Assembly: GCA_045586905.1 (NCBI GenBank)
Contig: JAZNBF010000014.1
Span: forward strand, 15,834-79,833
DNA length: 64,000 nt
Source: Clostridia bacterium
GTDB lineage: Bacteria > Bacillota > Clostridia > UMGS1810
Direction: 5' to 3'
Shown here: positions 33,748-43,434 of the stretch, one piece after another
Layout of the letters: each line of letters begins with the position of its first letter
Position numbering within the stretch: the stretch's first letter is position 1
Made by a program: the position numbers and the translations under genes
The notes under the pieces: model-generated
Seen by the model: the letters and a program-made list of their open reading frames with translations, nothing else
What the model was told of the DNA's origin: nothing
Database searches by the model: none

Positions 33748-34497
33748 TTATTTTTCCTCCTTTGTAATGTCTTTGTATACACCGAGAGGATAGTGAGGAA
33801 GCATATTTTCTCTCATCCATTCAAAAGATTCCTGAGGTGACATACCCCAGTTTGTAGGACAAGTTGATACAACCTCGATAAGTGAAAAGCCTTTGCCGTC
33901 AATCTGAGCCTGGAAAGCTTTTTTGATGGCAGCTTTTGCCTGTTTTATGTGAGGAACAGTGTCGACAGTAACTCTTTCGATGTAGGCAGGACCGTCGAGG
34001 GTTGAAAGCATTTCGCTCACTCTGATGGGGTTACCCTGAGTTTTGGGATCTCTTCCGTAAGGAGAGGTCTGGGTTACCTGACCTGCTAAGGTGGTGGGAG
34101 CCATCTGACCGCCTGTCATGCCATAGATTGCATTGTTGATAAAGATAGTGGTAACATTTTCGCCACGGGCTGCAACATGAACAGTCTCAGCAGTACCGAT
34201 GGCTGCAAGGTCACCGTCGCCCTGATAGGTGAATACTATCTTGTCGGGACGTGCACGCTTGATACCTGTGGCAACAGCAGGTGCTCTGCCATGGGCAGCT
34301 TCCTGCATATCACATTCGAAATAGTTGTAGGCAAAAACGGAGCAACCAACAGGTGCTACACCTATTGTGTCGCCTTCGATGCCGAGTTCGTCTATTACTT
34401 CTGCAATAAGGCGATGAACTATACCGTGGGGGCAACCGGGGCAATAGTGAAAAGATACATCGCTTAATGCATGAGGTCTTTTAAATACTTTTTCCAT
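33748..34497 (-). CDS. 2-oxoacid:ferredoxin oxidoreductase, beta (TPP-binding) subunit
   Basis: 249 aa with CPGCPHG and a GDGD TPP motif (TYQGDGDLAAIG). Confidence 0.9.
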   Translation of the reverse strand: MEKVFKRPHALSDVSFHYCPGCPHGIVHRLIAEVIDELGIEGDTIGVAPVGCSVFAYNYFECDMQEAAHGRAPAVATGIKRARPDKIVFTYQGDGDLAAIGTAETVHVAARGENVTTIFINNAIYGMTGGQMAPTTLAGQVTQTSPYGRDPKTQGNPIRVSEMLSTLDGPAYIERVTVDTVPHIKQAKAAIKKAFQAQIDGKGFSLIEVVSTCPTNWGMSPQESFEWMRENMLPHYPLGVYKDITKEEK

Positions 34498-35561
34498 TAT
34501 TTTGCACCTCCAAGCTCAATGATTTTGGAAAGGATTTCATTTGGAGTGGGCACGATGCCGCCTGTTCTGCCGAAAAATTCTACTTCGGCTCTGCCATTGA
34601 CTGCAAGGCGTACATCTTCTACCATCTGACCAAGGCTCATCTCAACTGTGAGGAATTTCTTTGCGCCGCCCTTTACAGCTTTTTCGAAAGCTTCGGTGGG
34701 GAAAGGCCACAGAGTGATGGGACGGATTATGCCAACCTTAAGGCCCTGCTCTCTTGCTTTTGCCATAGCGGTTTTTGCAATACGGGCAGTTGTACCGTAG
34801 GCTACTAAAACGATGTCGGCATCTTCGATACCGTCGGCCTCGTAGCGAACTTCATTTTTGATGATTTCATCATAGCGTTTCTGTCTTTCAAGAACAAGAT
34901 CTTCAAGCTCTTTTGCTTCGATAAAGAGTGAGTTGATTACATTTTTCTTTCTTTTCATGCCTGTGCCTGAGGTTGCCCATTCTTTTTCGGGGAGCTCAGT
35001 TGCATCGGCATCTTTAAATTCAACGGGCTCCATCATCTGACCGAGCATACCGTCGCCCATGATCATAACGGGGCATCTGTATTTATCGCCAATGTCGAAG
35101 GCATCGGAGGTGAGGTCTACCATTTCCTGAATGGAGCTTGGAGCGAGAACCACAAGATGATAGTCACCGTGACCGCCGCCCTTGGTTGCCTGGAAATAGT
35201 CGGACTGAGCAGGCTGAATGCCGCCAAGGCCCGGACCACCACGAACAATGTTTACAATTACGCAAGGAACATCGGCACCTGCGATATAGGAGATGCCTTC
35301 CTGTTTTAAGCTTATGCCTGGGGAAGATGAGCTTGTCATTACTCTGACACCTGCGCCACCTGCACCATATACCATATTAATAGCAGAAACTTCACTTTCT
35401 GCCTGTAAGAATGTGCCACCGATTTTGGGCATTTTCTTTGCCATGTAAGCACTAACCTCTGTCTGAGGTGTGATAGGGTAGCCGAAGAAATGACGACAGC
35501 CGGCTCTTATTGCAGCTTCTGCCAAAGCTTCGTTACCTTTCATTAAAACTTTATTTCCCAT
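34497..35561 (-). CDS. 2-oxoacid:ferredoxin oxidoreductase, alpha subunit
   Basis: 354 aa. MKGNEALAEAAIRAGCRHFFGYPITPQTE is a typical alpha-subunit start. There is a 1-nt overlap with the beta subunit. Confidence 0.9.
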   Translation of the reverse strand: MGNKVLMKGNEALAEAAIRAGCRHFFGYPITPQTEVSAYMAKKMPKIGGTFLQAESEVSAINMVYGAGGAGVRVMTSSSSPGISLKQEGISYIAGADVPCVIVNIVRGGPGLGGIQPAQSDYFQATKGGGHGDYHLVVLAPSSIQEMVDLTSDAFDIGDKYRCPVMIMGDGMLGQMMEPVEFKDADATELPEKEWATSGTGMKRKKNVINSLFIEAKELEDLVLERQKRYDEIIKNEVRYEADGIEDADIVLVAYGTTARIAKTAMAKAREQGLKVGIIRPITLWPFPTEAFEKAVKGGAKKFLTVEMSLGQMVEDVRLAVNGRAEVEFFGRTGGIVPTPNEILSKIIELGGAK

Positions 35562-35585
35562 GATTTGAACCTCCTTTGGGGTGAA

Positions 35586-35792
35586 TTATCTTTCTACTTC
35601 GATTACGACATCAGGACACATGGTCGCACAGAAAGCACAGCCTATGCATTTGTCCATTTCGATTACTGTGGCAGGGTGAAACCCTTTTGCGTTGATTCTG
35701 TCTTTTGCCATTGTGACAATCTTTTTGGGACAAGCGTCAACACAAAGACCACAGCCTTTACATCTGTCTTCGTTAAAAGTTACTTTTGCCAT
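35586..35792 (-). CDS. 2-oxoacid:ferredoxin oxidoreductase, delta subunit (2x[4Fe-4S] ferredoxin)
   Basis: 68 aa with two CxxCxxCxxxCP motifs (CKGCGLCVDACP, CIGCAFCATMCP). Confidence 0.9.
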   Translation of the reverse strand: MAKVTFNEDRCKGCGLCVDACPKKIVTMAKDRINAKGFHPATVIEMDKCIGCAFCATMCPDVVIEVER

Positions 35793-35859
35793 ATTAAAAG
35801 CCTCCTTTGAGAGAATGTTGATTTATTTATCCGTAACCAAACAGATTGGTTATGGCTAT

Positions 35860-36540
35860 TTATGCAAGTGCATCAAATGGCAGATGCATAAAAAGTTTCA
35901 GGGGGAACCTCGTCTCTTCCGAAACACCTTTGAGCTTTGCAAGAACTTCGGGTGTTGCGCTGACATGTTTTACGGGGACACCAAGTTTTTGACTAACATC
36001 GTCTATAAGTTCAAACGAACCTTCGAAATCGTCGGCGCTTGAGAGATAGGAAAGGTTGGTGTTGTTGACAAGGGCTGTAATTTTACACCTTGAAGATGCC
36101 TCAATTTCGTATGCAAGCTTTAGGATGGATTCTGCATCCTGTGTGTCGGGCCTTTTGGCGTTTATGACGAAAAACATTTCGTAGTCTTCGTCTTTGATGT
36201 AGGGATAGTACTGACCGAGAGCAATTGCGCCCTCTTCATCGCCGCCCACATCGAGCACCGCAGGGGTGGATTTGTCGGCAAAGACGGAGAATATGTCGCT
36301 GGGGAGTGAGGGCAGGTCGAGATTGGTGCATGCATACTCGGGTGCGATGACCTTTATACCGTTGTCTTTCAAAACTCCTGAAGCATCGTTTGTGCGGAAA
36401 TATGGATTTACTATGTCCATGTCGCAGATAGTGGCAGAGCCGAAGACCTCTTTGAGCCTGAGCGCATAGTTGATGGCAAATTCGGTTTTGCCGCTGCCAT
36501 AGTGGCCTGTGATTATATTTAATCTTTTCATATACATCAT
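35860..36540 (-). CDS. P-loop NTPase of unknown function (MinD/ParA/CooC-like)
   Basis: Walker A GHYGSGKT, 226 aa. It overlaps the upstream RseC-like gene by 4 nt. Confidence 0.7.
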   Translation of the reverse strand: MMYMKRLNIITGHYGSGKTEFAINYALRLKEVFGSATICDMDIVNPYFRTNDASGVLKDNGIKVIAPEYACTNLDLPSLPSDIFSVFADKSTPAVLDVGGDEEGAIALGQYYPYIKDEDYEMFFVINAKRPDTQDAESILKLAYEIEASSRCKITALVNNTNLSYLSSADDFEGSFELIDDVSQKLGVPVKHVSATPEVLAKLKGVSEETRFPLKLFMHLPFDALA

Positions 36541-36953
36541 TCCTTAATAACTGAAACTATGACATTTTGCATTTTCACTGAGCGATTGGTCTTTTTTATG
36601 ACCAGCACCCACAGAGCTATCATAGCTGCAAACATAACAGCTGTGGCAAAAGCTGAAAAGGAAAGCACTTCGCAAAGGACAGATGCAAAGAGCATAAGAA
36701 ACACGGGGAGAATGTATACACAAAGTGCGATGGTTAAAATCTTGGAGCTTTGAGCCTCGATGATAACCTTATCGCCAATTTTTGCGCCTATCGGGTTGGA
36801 AACCGTGGTCTTATATTCGGGTGCTGTGCACGAAGAACACTCGGTGCAATCGTGTGAGCAGGCAGAGGTTTTGCGAATGAGAACGGTAGCAAAAGCTTCT
36901 GAAACACTGACCACTGTACCCTGCCCCGTCATACAATCCACCTCACCTATCAT
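36537..36953 (-). CDS. RseC/MucC-family (SoxR-reducing-system component) membrane protein
   Basis: 138 aa. Cys-rich soluble N-domain (CSHDCTECSSC) followed by two TM helices, which is the RseC architecture. Confidence 0.7.
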   Translation of the reverse strand: MIGEVDCMTGQGTVVSVSEAFATVLIRKTSACSHDCTECSSCTAPEYKTTVSNPIGAKIGDKVIIEAQSSKILTIALCVYILPVFLMLFASVLCEVLSFSAFATAVMFAAMIALWVLVIKKTNRSVKMQNVIVSVIKE

Positions 36954-37048
36954 AGTTTACAGTATATTATATCAAAAACGACAAAATAATTCAATAGGTA
37001 ACAGCTTTAAAAATACACAAAAATCGTGTTTTTTTAAGCTTTGTTTTA

Positions 37049-37088
37049 TAAAAAAAACCAAGCCAAATATATTTTTGACTTGGTTTTA
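37049..37088 (-). terminator. Rho-independent terminator after ybaK
   Basis: Minus strand reads AAACCAAGTCAAA-aatatat-TTTGGCTTGGTTT followed by T8. Confidence 0.75.
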
Positions 37089-37091
37089 GCT

Positions 37092-37562
37092 TTATCTTGT
37101 TATATCAGAGGGTGTACCTTCTGTGAATGCCAGAAGCTCTTTTACATCCAAAAGAAGCTGGCACCCCTTTATGCCTGCACTGACGGTTATTTTCTCAAGA
37201 CCGAGACACGATGCGCAAAAATATGTTGGAAATTTCTTTTTCATGCCAATGGGAGAACAGCCACCTCTGATGTAGCCGGTGAGGGCAAGAAGGTCTTTGA
37301 CATGGACCATTTCTATCTTTTTGTTGCCGCTCACACTTGCCGCTTTTTTGAGGTCTATCTCCTTATCGACAGGTATGCACATAACGAGGGGGCCGGTTTT
37401 GTCGCCTTTGGCAACCAGGGTTTTAAATACCATGGCAAAATCAAGACCCACAGACTGAGCAATTGTGGTGCCCGAAAGGTCGTTTTCGTCTACGGTGTAT
37501 TCAAGAGGTGTGTATGAGATTTTTGCCTTGTCCAGCTGTCTCATTGCATTTGTCTTTTGCAT
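37092..37562 (-). CDS. ybaK: Cys-tRNA(Pro)/Cys-tRNA(Cys) deacylase YbaK
   Basis: 156 aa. N-terminus NAMRQLDKAKISY and core FKTLV.KGDK...GYIRGGCSPIG are typical of YbaK. Confidence 0.88.
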   Translation of the reverse strand: MQKTNAMRQLDKAKISYTPLEYTVDENDLSGTTIAQSVGLDFAMVFKTLVAKGDKTGPLVMCIPVDKEIDLKKAASVSGNKKIEMVHVKDLLALTGYIRGGCSPIGMKKKFPTYFCASCLGLEKITVSAGIKGCQLLLDVKELLAFTEGTPSDITR

Positions 37563-37572
37563 ATTATCACCA

Positions 37573-38397
37573 TCAGATATTTTCTATAACATCGGAAAGG
37601 GCATCGAGCCAATCACCATCAAAGAGCTCTATCATGCCTGCATCGGCACCCTGAGCCACCTTGGGATTTATGGGAAGACGGCTGATGGAGGAAATGTCAT
37701 GTTCTCTGGCAACATCTTCGATATGGCTTTCGCCGAAAATGCTGTGTTTTTTGCCACAGTCGGAGCACTCAAAATAGGACATGTTCTCAACAATGCCGAG
37801 AATGGGAACATTCATGAGCTTTGCCATTTTAACAGCTTTGGCAACTATCATGGATACAAGCTCCTGAGGTGAGGTGACGATGACTATACCGTCTACGGGG
37901 ATGGACTGGAACACTGTGAGAGGTACGTCACCTGTGCCGGGAGGCATATCGATGAACATGTAGTCACAATCCCAGATAACATCTGTCCAGAATTGCTTTA
38001 CTGTGCCACCGATAACAGGGCCACGCCATACAACAGGATCGGTATCGTTTTCTAAAAGAAGGTTGATGCTCATAATGTCTATGCCTGTTTTGGAAGAAAC
38101 GGGCAAAAGTCCAAATTCATTTGCCGTGGCTTTTTGATTTATGCCAAAGGCTTTGGGAATGGACGGACCTGTAACATCGGCATCTAAGATGCCTGTTTTA
38201 TAGCCTTTGCGTCTCATAAGAACTGAAAGCATTGAGGTTACCATAGATTTGCCCACGCCGCCTTTGCCGCTGACGATGCCTATGGTTTTACCTATGCGGC
38301 TCATTTCGTGAGGAGCTTCAATAAGGCTCTGGGGTTTTTCTTTTGAACTGCAATTTGCAGAGCAGGTGTCACAGTTGTGAGTGCACTGTTCGCTCAT
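37573..38397 (-). CDS. Mrp/NBP35/ApbC-family Fe-S cluster carrier ATPase
   Basis: Deviant Walker A SGKGGVGKS, a CxxC motif (FECSDCGKK) and a Cys-rich N-terminus (CTHNCDTCSANC). Confidence 0.9.
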   Translation of the reverse strand: MSEQCTHNCDTCSANCSSKEKPQSLIEAPHEMSRIGKTIGIVSGKGGVGKSMVTSMLSVLMRRKGYKTGILDADVTGPSIPKAFGINQKATANEFGLLPVSSKTGIDIMSINLLLENDTDPVVWRGPVIGGTVKQFWTDVIWDCDYMFIDMPPGTGDVPLTVFQSIPVDGIVIVTSPQELVSMIVAKAVKMAKLMNVPILGIVENMSYFECSDCGKKHSIFGESHIEDVAREHDISSISRLPINPKVAQGADAGMIELFDGDWLDALSDVIENI

Positions 38398-38479
38398 ATT
38401 TAAACATCCTTTCTATGTTAAAGATAATATATGCTTTGAATATTTTATCACAAACGCCAAAATTTATCAAGGGGCAAAG

Positions 38480-38521
38480 AAAAATAAAAATGCAGAGAAA
38501 GTAATACGGGCTTTCTCTGCA
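38480..38521 (-). terminator. Rho-independent terminator after the sigma/anti-sigma operon
   Basis: TGCAGAGAAAG/CTTTCTCTGCA is an 11-bp stem, followed on the minus strand by a TTTTTATTTTT tract. Confidence 0.7.
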
Positions 38522-38597
38522 CTAATATTGGAAATCACCGAGAAAAAATCTCAATGATTGACTTTAATATTATTTCGCGCACAAATTAAAATATACA

Positions 38598-39182
38598 TTA
38601 TTTCAAAAGCTTTTGTAAAATTTCTTTTTCGGTGGCTTTATCATCTGACGATATGACTATGTGTATTCCGTCAAGTTCGGCACAGGTCGCTTCGGGCAAA
38701 ACAGAAGAAAGATCGGTGACTTTGGAAATTGTTATCTGAGATGGAGTGTCCTTACTTGGATAGGATATGAAAAGAGAAAGAGGATCGGCATAGCTGTCGT
38801 CTGCCACATCGGCACCGGACTTATCGGGTGTGATTTCAAAAATACGGTTTAGAATTTCACCATAATATTCACTGTTTCTAGATGCATCGTCAGAGAGTGG
38901 AGCCTCGATTTGTCTGACCATTTGAGGTGTGGATGAAATATCTGCTTCGGATGGAGTGTTTTCCGGTGAAGATGAATGGTTGAGGTGATTGTATGAAACA
39001 AATACTGCGACAACTAAAACAAAGCAGACTGCAAAAGATGCCAGAGTGCGACCATAGGAAAAATGCTTGAAAAAGCTTTTTTCCTTTTTACATTCGCCAT
39101 TGAGGATGCTGTGAAGAAGAGCTCTGTCGCCATGAATTTCGTCGGTCATTTCTTTGTAGGCGTCTTTAAATTTCATAATCAT
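38598..39182 (-). CDS. Putative anti-sigma factor (single-pass membrane protein)
   Basis: MIMKFKDAYKEMTDEIHGDRALL... is a cytoplasmic helix, followed by one TM (LASFAVCFVLVVAVFVSY) and an extracytoplasmic domain. It overlaps the end of the ECF sigma gene and has an SD GGAGGGAGG. Confidence 0.6.
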   Translation of the reverse strand: MIMKFKDAYKEMTDEIHGDRALLHSILNGECKKEKSFFKHFSYGRTLASFAVCFVLVVAVFVSYNHLNHSSSPENTPSEADISSTPQMVRQIEAPLSDDASRNSEYYGEILNRIFEITPDKSGADVADDSYADPLSLFISYPSKDTPSQITISKVTDLSSVLPEATCAELDGIHIVISSDDKATEKEILQKLLK

Positions 39183-39657
39183 ACCTCCCTCCAAGTATTT
39201 CTTTGAGTTTTTGTCTTCCTCTGAAAAGTCGGGATTTGACGGTGCTCTCATTCATTCCCAGAATTTTTGAAATCTGAGCAATTGAAAGATCTTCATAGTA
39301 ATGAAGATGGATGATATCAGAATATTTCGGAGAAAGCTTCTGAACCTTGTCAAAAAGGTCGCTTTTCTCGGGTGAGGTAAAGACAATCTCTTCTGAGAGG
39401 GGAACGGTTTTTTTGTGCCATGACGAAGTAAAGTGGCTCTTGCACTCATTGACACTGACTCTGATAAGCCAGGCTTTTATGTGTTCTTCGGACTCAAACA
39501 CCTTGTCAGTTTTTATGTATTTCAGAAAAACATTCTGACACACATCTTCTGCAGTGTGTTTGTCTTTTGTGTGAGAAAGTGCAAGACGGTAGACCATATC
39601 AAAATATTTTTCTGTCATTTCTTTTTTGAAGGAATCTGTATGATATGGCTTTGTCAT
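39166..39657 (-). CDS. ECF-type RNA polymerase sigma-70 family factor
   Basis: Region 2 (AEDVCQNVFLKYIK...IKAWLIRVSVNECK) and region 4 HTH (LSIAQISKILGMNESTVKSRLFRGRQKLK). ATG 39657 follows a GAGGAG SD. Confidence 0.85.
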   Translation of the reverse strand: MTKPYHTDSFKKEMTEKYFDMVYRLALSHTKDKHTAEDVCQNVFLKYIKTDKVFESEEHIKAWLIRVSVNECKSHFTSSWHKKTVPLSEEIVFTSPEKSDLFDKVQKLSPKYSDIIHLHYYEDLSIAQISKILGMNESTVKSRLFRGRQKLKEILGGRYDYEI

Positions 39658-39728
39658 GAAAAATTCTCCTCTCAAATATAATACAAACAAAAGGGAGTAA
39701 AGGTTGCAAAAAAATAAAACTTCAGATG

Positions 39729-40238
39729 TTATCTGCTTTTATAGATGTTTCTGTTTTGCAAAAAACGGATTGAATACTTAGCACAAATGCCTGTGAAAAG
39801 TCCTGTGACAAGAGAAAAAATGAGCATAACGAGAAAATAATATGCAACACTTATCTGAGATGTAACTGCCACTGCCACAATAATCTGACCAAGGCTATGG
39901 AAAATAGCTCCAATCATGCTCACTGCCCAGATTTGACTACGATCTAAAAATCCGGATGCCAAAGACATGGCCAAAAAGCACATCATGCCTCCGCCAAGAC
40001 TGAAAAAGAAAGACATGACTTGTCCAAAAAGCAAAAATGACAGCAATATGCGAAGCATAAGCACACAAAAGGCTTCTTTTTTGCCGAGGATGTACATGGC
40101 AACCAGCACTATAACATTGGAAAGACCAAGCTTGACGCCGGGGATGGGTACAATTGGGGATATGAGCATTTCAAGGGCATATATGCCAAGTGCAAGGCAT
40201 GAAAATAATGCAATGAGCACAGTTTTTCTTGCGTTCAT
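39729..40238 (-). CDS. Gx transporter family / heptaprenyl-diphosphate-synthase-component-I-like membrane protein
   Basis: About 170 aa and polytopic (PIPGVKLGLSNVIVLVAMYILG...). It has the usual pairing with a NusG_II-domain gene. ATG 40238 is preferred over the track's 40304. Confidence 0.65.
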   Translation of the reverse strand: MNARKTVLIALFSCLALGIYALEMLISPIVPIPGVKLGLSNVIVLVAMYILGKKEAFCVLMLRILLSFLLFGQVMSFFFSLGGGMMCFLAMSLASGFLDRSQIWAVSMIGAIFHSLGQIIVAVAVTSQISVAYYFLVMLIFSLVTGLFTGICAKYSIRFLQNRNIYKSR

Positions 40239-40245
40239 CTTTGCG

Positions 40246-40614
40246 TCACGCCCCCGTGGTAAGATCGACATCGCTGTCGTCGTCGGTGAGTTTGACCACA
40301 ACATTATTTGGCAGACAAACTATTGGACGGGCACCACTTTGAACAGCACCCTGCTTTATGCAGAGTTTGTCGGGACAATCGGCTTCGATGATGGAAATCT
40401 GCCCTTTTTCGACAAAGACCACATTGCCTGAAAGCTCAATGGAGTATGGAGATGAAACGGTAGAAAGGTCAATTTTATGAATGAGCTTTCCGTCTTCAAA
40501 AATGCAGGCATATTTTTTGGGCACATCCTGAGAATTCAAATATACAATGCCTGCCGCTGCTGCAATTGCCGCAACTGAGAAACATGTTGCCAGGATTTTG
40601 GTGGATTTTTTCAT
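40246..40614 (-). CDS. NusG domain II-containing membrane-anchored protein
   Basis: 122 aa with an N-terminal anchor, then IEADCPDKLCIKQG...IVCLPNNVVV, typical of the NusG_II (DUF1312) family. Confidence 0.65.
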   Translation of the reverse strand: MKKSTKILATCFSVAAIAAAAGIVYLNSQDVPKKYACIFEDGKLIHKIDLSTVSSPYSIELSGNVVFVEKGQISIIEADCPDKLCIKQGAVQSGARPIVCLPNNVVVKLTDDDSDVDLTTGA

Positions 40615-41594
40615 TATAATTCAGCTCCGTTTTCAAGAAATTCAGCATATTGATTTATAACATTCATAAGACTGTCATAGCTTTCAGCTTTGCACACCTC
40701 GTTGCGCACTGTGCTGCTGCCATGCATGCCTTTGGTATACCACGCCACATGCTTTCGTGCCTCTCTCACACCTCTTGACTCTCCTTTGAGAGAACAAAGA
40801 AGGGAAATCTGCTCTTTCATAACCTCAAGGCGCTCGGTGTTTGTGGGGTTGGTTATGACATTGCCATGTTCTAAAAGCTCTTTTATCTGGGTGAATAAGA
40901 AAGGATTGCCCTGAGCACCACGTGCAAGCATTATCGCATCGCATCCGGTCTCAGAAAGCATGGATGCAGCATCTTCGGCAGTGTAGATGTCACCATTGCC
41001 GATGACGGGAATGGATACTGCCTTTTTTGCCGCGGCAATTACGCTTCTGTCTGCTTTGCCGCTATAATACATTGCCGCAGTGCGACCGTGCACTGCTATG
41101 GCAGATGCACCGTTTTCTTCTATTATGCGGCAAAGAGCGGGCACATCGATGTATTCTTTTATGCCGCATCTGATTTTACAGGTGACCGGCACAGATACAC
41201 TAGATGCTGTTGCATCGACAATGCGCGCGATAAGGTCAAAATCTCTGAGCAGTGAGCTTCCGTCACCGTTGGATGTCACCTTGGGGGCAGGACAGCCCAT
41301 GTTTATGTCGATTATTCTGGCGCCATAAGCCTCCACCTTTTTGGCACTTTCTGCCATGATGGAAGGATCGCTGCCAAAAATCTGAACTGCAAGCGGCTGC
41401 TCGTCGGCACACGACTGCATGAGGCCATAGGTCTTTTTGTCATTGAAAGACAGTGCCTTGGCACTTACCATTTCGGAATAGACAAGACCTGCTCCCCATT
41501 TTTTGCATATGAGGCGGAATGAAAGATCGGTTATGCCTGCCATGGGAGCAAGGAATATGTTGTTGTCGCAAGTTACATTACCTATTTTTATCAT
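40614..41594 (-). CDS. dusB: tRNA-dihydrouridine synthase DusB
   Basis: 326 aa (LAPMAGITD, VQIFGSDP, IDINMGCP, TCKIR, AIAVHGRT). Confidence 0.92.
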   Translation of the reverse strand: MIKIGNVTCDNNIFLAPMAGITDLSFRLICKKWGAGLVYSEMVSAKALSFNDKKTYGLMQSCADEQPLAVQIFGSDPSIMAESAKKVEAYGARIIDINMGCPAPKVTSNGDGSSLLRDFDLIARIVDATASSVSVPVTCKIRCGIKEYIDVPALCRIIEENGASAIAVHGRTAAMYYSGKADRSVIAAAKKAVSIPVIGNGDIYTAEDAASMLSETGCDAIMLARGAQGNPFLFTQIKELLEHGNVITNPTNTERLEVMKEQISLLCSLKGESRGVREARKHVAWYTKGMHGSSTVRNEVCKAESYDSLMNVINQYAEFLENGAEL

Positions 41595-41644
41595 AACGAT
41601 ATATATTATTCCTCCGGGTGTGTGAGTGTGTGGAAAAGTAATAA

Positions 41645-41674
41645 GGCGGATTGACCTATACGAGTCAATCCGCC
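41645..41674 (-). terminator. Hairpin downstream of nrdR (weak terminator)
   Basis: GGCGGATTGAC/GTCAATCCGCC is an 11-bp stem. The U-tract on the minus strand is poor. Confidence 0.45.
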
Positions 41675-41679
41675 ATCAG

Positions 41680-42135
41680 TTATTTTGAATGGATAAGTGA
41701 TGAAAGCTCTTCCATAAATGATTTTACATCTCTGAATTCGCGATAAACAGATGCAAAACGAACATATGCAATGTCGTTTATGCCTTTGAGTTTATCCATT
41801 ACGAGCTCACCAATCTCGGTAGATGTAACCTCGCGGTCTAAAGAATTGTTGAGAACACTCTCAATTTCCAAAACCATATTTTCAATTTGCGCAAAGCTTA
41901 CGGGAGTTTTCTCACAAGCTCTGAGAATACCATTTAACAGTTTTTCTCTGTTGTACACCTGTCGCTTTCCGTCTTTTTTGATTATTACGAGAGGTACAGA
42001 TTCAATCTGCTCATAAGTAGTAAAACGCTTTTCGCATTTCAGACACTCTCTGCGGCGACGGATGGATGCTCCGTCATCGATAGGTCTTGAATCGATTACC
42101 TTACTTTCGAGATAGTCACAATACGGACATTTCAT
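41680..42135 (-). CDS. nrdR: Transcriptional repressor NrdR
   Basis: MKCPYC...CLKC zinc ribbon plus an ATP-cone; 151 aa. Confidence 0.95.
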   Translation of the reverse strand: MKCPYCDYLESKVIDSRPIDDGASIRRRRECLKCEKRFTTYEQIESVPLVIIKKDGKRQVYNREKLLNGILRACEKTPVSFAQIENMVLEIESVLNNSLDREVTSTEIGELVMDKLKGINDIAYVRFASVYREFRDVKSFMEELSSLIHSK

Positions 42136-42203
42136 TTGCTTTATCCTCCCATTTTGGAAAAATCAAAACACATTACGCACCGGCAATAGTTTTGGTTAAA
42201 CAA

Positions 42204-42234
42204 ATATGCTGTACATATTGCATATACAGCATAT
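42204..42234 (-). terminator. Hairpin downstream of ftsZ
   Basis: ATATGCTGTA/TACAGCATAT is a 10-bp stem. ATTTGTTT follows on the minus strand. Confidence 0.5.
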
Positions 42235-42249
42235 TTTACAGGTTAAATA

Positions 42250-43308
42250 TTAGTCTCTGTTAAGAAAATCGGGGATTTCAAAACCACCAACATCTGCGTA
42301 TCCTTCATCAGATGAAAGTGACATAATGCCTGATTTTGATGATGCATCTTCAAAGCCGGTAGCCACAACAGTGATAACGATTTCATCACCGAGGGATTCA
42401 TCGATAGATGTACCGAAGATGATGTTTGCATCGGCATCAACAAGCTGATGAACAAGCTCGGAAGCCTGCTCGATTTCCATAAGACCGAGGTCGGATGAGC
42501 CTGCAACATTGAGCACAACTTTCTTTGCACCGTCGATTGTTGTTTCGAGAAGAGGACTGTAAATAGCATCTTTTACTGCTTCTTCAGCTCTGTTGTCACC
42601 GGAAGCACGACCTATGCCGATGTGGGCAACGCCTGTGTTTCTCATAACTGCAGAGATATCTGCAAAGTCAAGGTTGATGTAGCCGGGGCTTGTGATAAGG
42701 TCGGAAATACCTTTTACGCCCTGACTGAGTATTTTATCGGCGAGTCTGAAAGCATCTTTCATGGATGTCTTTCTGTCGCAAATATCGAGAAGCTTATTGT
42801 TTGGAATAACAATTAAAGCATCTACGCAATCTTTAAGAACTTCTATACCCTTTTCGGCGCGTTCCATTCTCTGTTTGCCTTCGAAAGCAAAGGGTTTGGT
42901 AACAACACCTACGGTGAGTACGCCCATCTCTTTTGCAATAGCGGCAACTGTGGGTGCTGCACCTGTACCGGTGCCACCACCCATACCTGCTGTAACAAAT
43001 ACCATGTTGGCATCAGCGAGTGCCTGCTTGATTTCGTCACGGCTCTCTTCGGCAGCTTTCTGTCCGATTTCGGGGTTGGCACCTGCACCAAGACCTCTGG
43101 TGAGCTTTTCGCCGATCTGAATTTTTCCGTTTGCTTTGGAAGCACGGTCACCAAAAAGGACCTGCTTATCTGTATTGATTGCTATAAATTCAACACCTGA
43201 AAGTCCGTCTTCTATCATACGGTCGAGAGCATTGTTACCGCCACCACCGACGCCGACAACTTTCATGTTGGCTCCTACTATTTCTCTTTGGTTATCAAAT
43301 TCAATCAC
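42250..43308 (-). CDS. ftsZ: Cell division GTPase FtsZ
   Basis: Tubulin signature [10 protein letters not shown] and N-terminus [12 protein letters not shown]. Confidence 0.98.
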   Translation of the reverse strand: MIEFDNQREIVGANMKVVGVGGGGNNALDRMIEDGLSGVEFIAINTDKQVLFGDRASKANGKIQIGEKLTRGLGAGANPEIGQKAAEESRDEIKQALADANMVFVTAGMGGGTGTGAAPTVAAIAKEMGVLTVGVVTKPFAFEGKQRMERAEKGIEVLKDCVDALIVIPNNKLLDICDRKTSMKDAFRLADKILSQGVKGISDLITSPGYINLDFADISAVMRNTGVAHIGIGRASGDNRAEEAVKDAIYSPLLETTIDGAKKVVLNVAGSSDLGLMEIEQASELVHQLVDADANIIFGTSIDESLGDEIVITVVATGFEDASSKSGIMSLSSDEGYADVGGFEIPDFLNRD

Positions 43309-43434
43309 GATTGTACCTCCTATAACCCATTATAATAAGTAATTATATCACACTATTTCAAATAATGCTATACTTTTTTTGGATTTTTTTAATTTTGTGT
43401 AATTTTAACAATTTGAAATTCAGACTTTTACATC

